Source of the DNA: a virus
Taxonomy: Duplodnaviria; Caudoviricetes
Direction: 5' to 3' (one strand)
Virus record (IMG/VR): IMGVR_UViG_3300034524_000183
Location: 1 to 52,767 of that record
Length of the DNA stretch: 52,767 bases
Shown here: piece by piece, positions 10,504-16,429 of the stretch
Numbering within the stretch: position 1 is the first letter of the stretch
Layout: each line of letters starts with the position of its first letter
Position numbers and translations under genes: made by a program
The notes under the pieces: model-generated
Databases searched by the model: none
The model's input: the letters and a program-made list of their open reading frames with translations, nothing else
Told to the model about the DNA's origin: nothing

Positions 10504-10905
10504 TCATTCCTGAGATGAAGCAGCAGAAAAGAACTCTCTCATCGTATATGGATCATTGCACTCCGATCCCTTGGGGATGATCTTCTCAATGGTCTTTGAA
10601 TCAGAGGCAGTGATGACTGTCACCTTGCACGTACACGTCCAGTTCGCTCCTTCGAGCGTCGAGTAGTCGTTTGTGTGCTCATAATCGAGGACAGTACGTC
10701 CGTCTTCTAGTTTCGATGAACGAATAGGCGTTCCCCAAGTCAACATGAGATCATCCGTGGAACGGCCTATCCACGTGTCGAGGTGCGCCTTCGTTTGCTG
10801 AGGTGTCAGCTTCTGGTAAGTGGCACAGCCTCCAGTGGATAACGCAAGGGTGAGAGCTAGCAGAACAGAGGCAGCTACACCCTTGAATGACGATTTCTGT
10901 GTCAT
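10504..10905 (-). CDS. Antisense lipoprotein (candidate superinfection-exclusion moron)
   Basis: AGGAGG RBS before the ATG at 10905. Signal peptide with lipobox-like STGG-C. It is the only convincing minus-strand gene in prophage 1. Confidence 0.75.
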   Translation of the reverse strand: MTQKSSFKGVAASVLLALTLALSTGGCATYQKLTPQQTKAHLDTWIGRSTDDLMLTWGTPIRSSKLEDGRTVLDYEHTNDYSTLEGANWTCTCKVTVITASDSKTIEKIIPKGSECNDPYTMREFFSAASSQE

Positions 10906-11311
10906 GCAGGTACCTCCTGTGGTTGTGATAATGATGTCGGTATGTTTACTGCGGGTGAGGGCGAGGATCAAGTCCCGGCTATTTTGGGTGAAAAATGTGA
11001 GACGCTTTCACGCTATGTGAATGAGCGATTTCCCCCCATAGGCTCCGTGGTGTCGCTGTGGCGGTCGATTTGACCAGCTCCAGCCGTCCATGAAAGCACG
11101 TCTTGCAACGTGGATTTGCAACAAAAGCCGCGCAAGCCCTGCCATTCCTACATTCCAAGGAGATAATATATCTCTTCACATTACCTTATAAGGCACGGCA
11201 AGGTGGTATTGTGCCTTCCTTCCTATTGATCCGGCTTATCTGTTCAATCGGCTTTTTCGTTCTTTCCTGTCTTTATCAGTGTTTTCAATGGCTTTACGTC
11301 TTCTTTCGATA

Positions 11312-11461
11312 TTTGCAACAAAATCCCTTGACAAACTATGCGAAGCTGTATAGATTAAAAGCCAACGAAGCGAAGGACTGAAAACAAAAGGCTTTCGCTA
11401 GTTCATTGAAAGACAGTCGAAAGAAGTGATTCGAAAGTTTGCAACAAAATCCCTTGACAAA
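11312..11461 (+). repeat. 24-bp direct repeat TTTGCAACAAAATCCCTTGACAAA (11312-11335, 11438-11461)
   Basis: Exact repeat read from the sequence, 126-bp period. Confidence 0.95.
11328..11356 (+). promoter_or_regulatory. Host sigma70 early promoter 1
   Basis: TTGACA-N17-TAGATT. Confidence 0.8.
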
Positions 11462-11482
11462 GCGAAGAGGGTAAGGCAAGAT
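11454..11482 (+). promoter_or_regulatory. Host sigma70 early promoter 2
   Basis: TTGACA-N17-CAAGAT; shares an exact 24-bp upstream/-35 block with promoter 1. Confidence 0.65.
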
Positions 11483-11657
11483 AAGAATCACGAAAGGCGG
11501 CAAAGGCCAGACGACGACGCAGGAAGTAAGCGCGACTTGAAGACAGTGACAGCCTCTTCCTGCAAGACTACAGGCCACAAGCCGCTAAATTAAAGGCTTC
11601 AACTATCCACCTACGCAAGTAACGCGGAAGTGAAGCCGAAGACTGGAGACAAGACAA

Positions 11658-11670
11658 CGCTCTTTGACAA
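11658..11670 (+). promoter_or_regulatory. boxA-like antitermination element
   Basis: CGCTCTTTGACAA versus rrn boxA TGCTCTTTAACA, in the early leader. Confidence 0.65.
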
Positions 11671-11865
11671 TTGAATAGTGATAAATACTAGCGATTCGAG
11701 TAAATGGAACTGTTACGCTACAGGTTGTCCTCTCACGTAAGGTCAACCATAGGTGCCGCTAGTGGGAACGCTAACGGTACCGCTTGGTTGATTTTATTTT
11801 AAACTTAACTATCCACCTTCGTGAACAACGCTAGTGTGGACATGCGAAGAAAAGGAGAAAGACAA

Positions 11866-12066
11866 ATGACCAGCTTTGATAGCCTTACAAAGGCAGAATT
11901 ACGTTGCAAACTCCGCGCCTACTTCGGTCCTCGCAACTACCGTATTAGTAATGACGGTGCAGTTTACGGGAATGAAAGCGGGCATGGTTGGTACTACCTC
12001 GGGCGTCTTGAGGTTGTTGATAATGAAATAACACGTGAACACGGAAGCGTGTGGCGTGTCAGATAA
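11866..12066 (+). CDS. Early hypothetical protein
   Basis: AAGGAG RBS, ATG at 11866, 66 aa. Confidence 0.7.
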   Translation: MTSFDSLTKAELRCKLRAYFGPRNYRISNDGAVYGNESGHGWYYLGRLEVVDNEITREHGSVWRVR

Positions 12067-12083
12067 AGAAGGAGAATACAGAC

Positions 12084-12344
12084 ATGCAGTTTTATCTAGC
12101 GCACGGCTTCGGAATATCAAATATGCCTAAACGCCTTGAATCGGTGCAGCACCGTGTGAAGGCAGTACGTGGGCTGCGTATTCCGGCAAGTGGATACGGC
12201 AAAGACATACCGACGGAATACATGATCAAGTGGGAAGGACGTTGGTACCGTGTTTACGCAATGCAGTATAGCAACTGCCCGACAACCTACATAAAAACTA
12301 AACACGCGGAAAATGGGCGCATAATCGTTGATATTCACAACTAA
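12084..12344 (+). CDS. Early hypothetical protein
   Basis: AAGGAG RBS, ATG at 12084. Confidence 0.7.
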   Translation: MQFYLAHGFGISNMPKRLESVQHRVKAVRGLRIPASGYGKDIPTEYMIKWEGRWYRVYAMQYSNCPTTYIKTKHAENGRIIVDIHN

Positions 12345-12357
12345 AGGAGTAACAGCC

Positions 12358-12897
12358 ATGACAAGCGAATACAGAATCTACGTTGCAAGCCTTTCCGACT
12401 ACAACAACGCTGTTCTTCACGGACGTTGGATTGACATAGACGGATCAACAACGGTTGAAGAGGTGTGGGACGAAGTAAACGAAATGCTGAAAGAATCGCC
12501 TACGGCAAAGAAATACGGCGAGAAAGCGGAAGAATGGGCCGTTCATGACTACGAAGGCTTTCACGGCTTAGGCTTAGGTGAATGGGACGGCTTTGAGACA
12601 TTTATCAAACACGCTGAAATGCTCGAAGAATACGGCGAGGCTTGGCGCGTGTATGTCGGCTTCGTTGGAAGTGACTACGCGACGAAAGAGAACTTCGAGG
12701 ATAGTTATCGCGGAACGTACAAAGATGAAGAGGACTTTGCTTACGAGCTGGTTGACGAGCTTGGCTATCTCGACAACGTGCCGGATACCGTCAGGAACTA
12801 CTTCGATTATGAAAAGTTTGCACGAGACTTGTTCATGACGGATATGTACGGCGAACACGGTGAAGATGGCGAGTTCTATGTTTTCTGGCGCAACTAG
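12358..12897 (+). CDS. ardA: Antirestriction protein ArdA (acidic DNA mimic)
   Basis: RIYVASLSDYN...LHGRWID, EEWAVHDYEGF, YRGTY..EEDFA and YFDYEKFARDLF motifs; very acidic. Confidence 0.92.
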   Translation: MTSEYRIYVASLSDYNNAVLHGRWIDIDGSTTVEEVWDEVNEMLKESPTAKKYGEKAEEWAVHDYEGFHGLGLGEWDGFETFIKHAEMLEEYGEAWRVYVGFVGSDYATKENFEDSYRGTYKDEEDFAYELVDELGYLDNVPDTVRNYFDYEKFARDLFMTDMYGEHGEDGEFYVFWRN

Positions 12898-13017
12898 GAT
12901 ACGTGCGCCATTAACTATCCACCTTCGTGACAAAAGCGGTTGTGTATTCATAAGGGCCGGATGAAAGCCGTCCGGTCCTCATTGAATCCACAACACTTAA
13001 TCAAAGGAGAACAAATC

Positions 13018-13329
13018 ATGGCCATAGAAGGAACAATCATTCACGGAACCATGCGCAATCAAGACTTAATCCCTGCTTTCCTCGACGTAGCGCGGGAAAT
13101 TGCTCCAGCCGAATACACACAAATGGTATCCGCGCCGTTCAGTCCGGTACCGTCCTATGCGCTTGAAGATGATAGCGCGGAATGGTGGACGAGTGACGAA
13201 GCGCACTACCTGCTTGAAGAGTTGTTCGAGCTGCTCAACCTGTACGCTCCAGAAGGCTTCTACTTCGGCGCACATGAAGGCGATGGCAGTGATTACGGTT
13301 TTTGGGAAATGCCTAATAGTGACAACTAA
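13018..13329 (+). CDS. Acidic early hypothetical phage protein
   Basis: AAGGAG RBS; C-terminal YFGAHEGDGSDYGFW. Confidence 0.75.
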   Translation: MAIEGTIIHGTMRNQDLIPAFLDVAREIAPAEYTQMVSAPFSPVPSYALEDDSAEWWTSDEAHYLLEELFELLNLYAPEGFYFGAHEGDGSDYGFWEMPNSDN

Positions 13330-13337
13330 AGGAGAAC

Positions 13338-13760
13338 GTGACCATGAATCAGGTTTTCGACAACTACGTGTGTGCTGGTGAATATATCGAACGTGAACTG
13401 GATGGCTTCAAATTCCGCGCAACACTCGCCTACGACGACGTAACGACACCAATGGACTATGACGAGGCCGGATGCTGTTTTGACACGTCAGACCCTGAAT
13501 ACGGCGAAGAAAACAAGGAGATAATCGCCTCTTGGAAGCGCGACGAATGGTTCTACGTCGGAATAGTCGTATCGGTTGAGTATAACGGTGTACTCCTCGA
13601 CGATCATATTCACTCCGTATGGGGCTACGAGGCGAACTTTCCCAACGGCGATAATTCCTACCTCACGGAAGAAGCTACTCGCCTGATGGAAGAGGCACTC
13701 GACGACGCGAGAAAGGCACGTGAAGAAATGATCGCAAGACTTATCGGTAAGGCGGCATGA
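13338..13760 (+). CDS. Acidic early hypothetical protein
   Basis: AAGGAG RBS; 140 aa ORF in the early operon. Confidence 0.75.
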   Translation: MTMNQVFDNYVCAGEYIERELDGFKFRATLAYDDVTTPMDYDEAGCCFDTSDPEYGEENKEIIASWKRDEWFYVGIVVSVEYNGVLLDDHIHSVWGYEANFPNGDNSYLTEEATRLMEEALDDARKAREEMIARLIGKAA

Positions 13761-13838
13761 TTTATCCAAGATGGCGGGAGCTTGAACAGGTTCCCGCTAT
13801 CGAAAGATAAAATATGACGATTCTATGAAGAAAGTCAG

Positions 13839-13866
13839 TTGACACTTCTTTACGTGTGATTAGCTT
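13839..13866 (+). promoter_or_regulatory. Putative sigma70 promoter for the regulator-integrase operon
   Basis: TTGACA-N16-TAGCTT upstream of 13927. Confidence 0.5.
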
Positions 13867-13926
13867 TGCACTCTCGCGAAGGTAACACTACTGCATACAA
13901 TTTAAACCCTCACAAGGAGGACAACC

Positions 13927-14139
13927 GTGGTTGAACGCGCCGTTGACTGCCTTCGATTTGTGCTTATCAAGTTTGGTCTGATCGAAGAGTTGTGTTACTG
14001 GTTCTCCAGTGATACACCTGCGGGAAAGTTCTTTGAGTGTGAAAAACACGATGGCGAATACTTCGTGTGGATTGGTCGGCATAACCTGATAATCGCCCCG
14101 AAAGATTGGAGCGCATACAGGAGTGCTAAACAGCAATGA
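13927..14139 (+). CDS. Small hypothetical protein
   Basis: AAGGAGG RBS, GTG start. Confidence 0.65.
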   Translation: MVERAVDCLRFVLIKFGLIEELCYWFSSDTPAGKFFECEKHDGEYFVWIGRHNLIIAPKDWSAYRSAKQQ

Positions 14140-14171
14140 AGTGTGTGTACGTAAACTAGGAGGCTTCGGTA

Positions 14172-14543
14172 ATGAAGAAGATGCAGAACACGTTTAACCT
14201 GCTGATGGAACTCTACAACCTTCCCAAGCCGGGAGACACAAACCCCGACAGAAACCCCGGAATGCCGATCCAGATGGCTGCTGTTTTTCTTTACGTTGCC
14301 ATGCACGACGGCTGCACAATGAAACAAATCGCGGAGGTTTTGGGACTGTCACAGGCCAGTGCATCTCGAAATTGCCAAGCATTAGGAAAGTACCAGAAAC
14401 AAGGCAAGCTCGGCTACGATTTGGTCGAGACGGTCGATGATCCGGCAGAACGACGGCGTAAGATAGTAAAGCTGACGCGAAAAGGTAAGCGTTTGGCGGC
14501 ACGGCTTGCTGAAATGATCGGCGAAGATGGCCTGAAGTTCTAA
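14172..14543 (+). CDS. MarR-family winged-helix regulator (putative prophage repressor)
   Basis: CTMKQIAEVLGLSQASASRNCQAL HTH and DPAERRRKIVKLTRKG wing; adjacent to the integrase. Confidence 0.88.
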   Translation: MKKMQNTFNLLMELYNLPKPGDTNPDRNPGMPIQMAAVFLYVAMHDGCTMKQIAEVLGLSQASASRNCQALGKYQKQGKLGYDLVETVDDPAERRRKIVKLTRKGKRLAARLAEMIGEDGLKF

Positions 14544-14584
14544 GGAGGAGACAACCACCAAATACAAAGGAGGAAATTCGTAAA

Positions 14585-15688
14585 ATGGCGAGAAAAGCAA
14601 CAACGACGAAAAACACTCAAACATTACCGAGAGGTATCCGGCTTCGCAACGGTCGGTTCTTTGTGGACGTAATGGTTAAGGGGAAGCGCAAGACAGCAAC
14701 TTGCGCAACCCTTGAAGAAGCAATCACTCGACGGACAGAACTCAAGGAGGCTCTCAAGCGCGGCCTCGACGGGAAGAACGAGGAAAAGGCGGTAACTGGC
14801 GGCTGGACGCTCAACCAAGCCCTTCAGTACACCATACGGCACCACTGGGCTGGTACTGGTGGAGAAGAAAAAGCTGTCATCAACGCAAACTATGCGGTCC
14901 GCTTCTTTGGCCCTGACAAGCCTCTTGATAAAATCGACAGCCTTGCACTGGATGAATACAAGGAATGGTTGATTGAAGAGCACAACAACTCAAACGCTAC
15001 GATCAATCGCAAGATGTCGGCGTTGTCCAAGTTGTTTACGATGGCAATCGAACGCGGAAAGCTCAAGGCGAAACCCAAGTTCCCGCGCTTGAAAGAAACA
15101 GGTGGCAGAATCCGCTTCTTGAGCGAGGACGAAGAGCGTGTATGCGTAAACCTGCTCAAGCAGTGGAGCCTCGACGACCATGCTGATGCGTTCGTGATAC
15201 TGATAGACACAGGAATGCGTCCTTCGGAGCTGTGGCGGTTGAAACTCAATGACATTGACTTCAACACTGGCCTCATCTCAATATGGGAGAACAAGACCGA
15301 CAATCCGCGCTCTATTGCAATGACCAAAAGAGTGGTGGAAACAATCCGCACACGCCTAGATGAACTCCCTACGCGTATTGTTGGCGACGAAGACCATCTT
15401 GTATGGGACGGGGTTACACTCTTCCCCAACGCTACGAACTATTGGTTTGAACGTGTCTGGAACAAGGTGAAGCACGTGATGAAACTGGACGACGACGAAC
15501 AGTTCGTTCCATATGCACTGCGACACACTTGCTGTTCGCGGTTGATACAGCGTGGTGTGCCTCTCAAACACGTCAAGGATTGGATGGGACACAAAGCCAT
15601 CCAAACCACAATGAGGTATGCCCATCTCGCGCCCCAAGACATGAAGTCTTTGGCGTCGGTTTTAGAGTCGAAGGAGGCGCGGTGGTAA
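14585..15688 (+). CDS. int: Tyrosine integrase
   Basis: N-terminal arm-binding beta domain; TGMRPSEL (R), NKT (K), YALRH, MGH and TMRY catalytic motifs. Confidence 0.95.
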   Translation: MARKATTTKNTQTLPRGIRLRNGRFFVDVMVKGKRKTATCATLEEAITRRTELKEALKRGLDGKNEEKAVTGGWTLNQALQYTIRHHWAGTGGEEKAVINANYAVRFFGPDKPLDKIDSLALDEYKEWLIEEHNNSNATINRKMSALSKLFTMAIERGKLKAKPKFPRLKETGGRIRFLSEDEERVCVNLLKQWSLDDHADAFVILIDTGMRPSELWRLKLNDIDFNTGLISIWENKTDNPRSIAMTKRVVETIRTRLDELPTRIVGDEDHLVWDGVTLFPNATNYWFERVWNKVKHVMKLDDDEQFVPYALRHTCCSRLIQRGVPLKHVKDWMGHKAIQTTMRYAHLAPQDMKSLASVLESKEARW

Positions 15689-15749
15689 AACTGGACTTGC
15701 GTTGTGTAGGGATTTAAAGTAACCGTCAATCCCGGTTTTTCCGGCAGTG

Positions 15750-15796
15750 GTTGCGAACTGTTGCGAAAAACGTCGTTTGTTGCGAATTGTTGCAAA
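15750..15796. repeat. Four GTTGC(G/A)AA direct repeats; putative integrase arm-type sites
   Basis: Copies at 15750, 15760, 15779 and 15789 (two pairs with 10-bp period) between int and the att core. Confidence 0.75.
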
Positions 15797-15798
15797 GG

Positions 15799-15887
15799 GC
15801 CGGAGTGGTGAAACTGGTATACACATCGGACTTAAAATCCGAAGATCATTAATGATCGTGCGGGTTCGATTCCCGCCTCCGGTACCA
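15799..15887 (+). tRNA. tRNA-Leu (anticodon TAA), complete with CCA
   Basis: Acceptor GCCGGAG/CTCCGGT-A-CCA, anticodon arm TCGGA-CTTAAAA-TCCGA, long variable arm GATCAT-TA-ATGATC, T arm GCGGG-TTCGATT-CCCGC. Confidence 0.95.
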
Positions 15888-15916
15888 GCAAAAACAAATT
15901 TCTGGAATTTAAAATC

Positions 15917-15972
15917 ACTTAAAATCTCTCGGCCTTCGGGCTGTACGGGTTCAAGTCCCGTCCTGGGTACCA
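15917..15972 (+). other. 3' half of a different tRNA-Leu(TAA); att junction between the two prophages
   Basis: ACTTAAAATCTCTCGGCCTTCGGGCTGTACGGGTTCAAGTCCCGTCCTGGGTACCA runs from the anticodon loop to CCA with no 5' half. Confidence 0.88.
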
Positions 15973-16045
15973 CTTATTTACCACGTACTTATGCAAGTTC
16001 CGACACTTGCAATGCTCTACGGCGATCCCCTTGTGTAGCCTTTCA

Positions 16046-16064
16046 GGGTCACTATGGGGTCACT
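16046..16064. repeat. GGGTCACT direct repeat; putative arm-type sites of the prophage 2 integrase
   Basis: Copies at 16046 and 16057, about 75 bp from the tRNA fragment. Confidence 0.5.
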
Positions 16065-16276
16065 CTTTGTGGGCGCTTTCGCCCTCTCCCCCTCTGGACT
16101 GCATCAAATCATGACGCCGACGCGATAGCGACGGCTTCCTTTCTCTCTTCCCCCAGCGCCGCGCACTGCGCGGTGCTGGGGGCCTACACGCTTTCCCCCG
16201 CCTCCCCCCGCCTGAAGAAGCACGCCAGATCATCCTATGGGCCAGATCCGTCGCCCAGAGCCCTCCCGTACTCCAT

Positions 16277-16419
16277 GGGTCCTTCTGCGGCACTCGGCTC
16301 TACGGGTGCTGCGAGGCTCGGGTTTCGGGCGCGAGTGATGGAAAACTTTGCTCGGAAAAATGGAAATTATCCAATCGTGACACGCAATTGGTGCACGAAA
16401 GCTTCCATTCGTAACACGC
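16277..16419 (+). other. Lambda-like cos site (cosQ, cosN-like segment and candidate cosB repeats)
   Basis: GGGTCCT (lambda cosQ) then TACG-GGTGCTGCGAGG-CTCGGGTTTCG, versus lambda TACG-GGGCGGCGACCT-CGCGGGTTTTCG. TCGT(G/A)ACACGC repeats at 16375 and 16409. Confidence 0.65.
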
Positions 16420-16429
16420 GGGGGCAGGC

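Larger units (their letters stand above)
11805..12930 (+). repeat. 20-bp exact repeat TTAACTATCCACCTTCGTGA (11805-11824, 12911-12930); putative phage RNAP promoter or operator
   Basis: Both copies are intergenic and in the same orientation. Partial copies occur at 11601 and 8509. Confidence 0.8.
1..15926 (+). mobile_element. Prophage 1: right part of an integrated T7-like (Autographiviridae-type) podophage, circularly permuted at att
   Basis: Gene order is internal virion proteins, gp17-like fibre, holin, gp18/gp19-like terminase, then early genes, integrase and a tRNA-Leu att junction. The left end lies outside the window. Confidence 0.9.

Noticed and set aside
10979-11578. Short ORFs in the genome-end/promoter region
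   Set aside because: No RBS or motifs; they overlap promoters and repeats.
11664-11692. Third sigma70 promoter at the TTGACA within CTCTTTGACAA
   Set aside because: No good -10 at 17 bp; better explained as boxA.
15560-15640. Integrase possibly inactive because the HxxR motif reads YALR (just upstream of this span)
   Set aside because: The other catalytic residues (R, K, R, H, Y) are intact, and this His position is known to vary in tyrosine recombinases.
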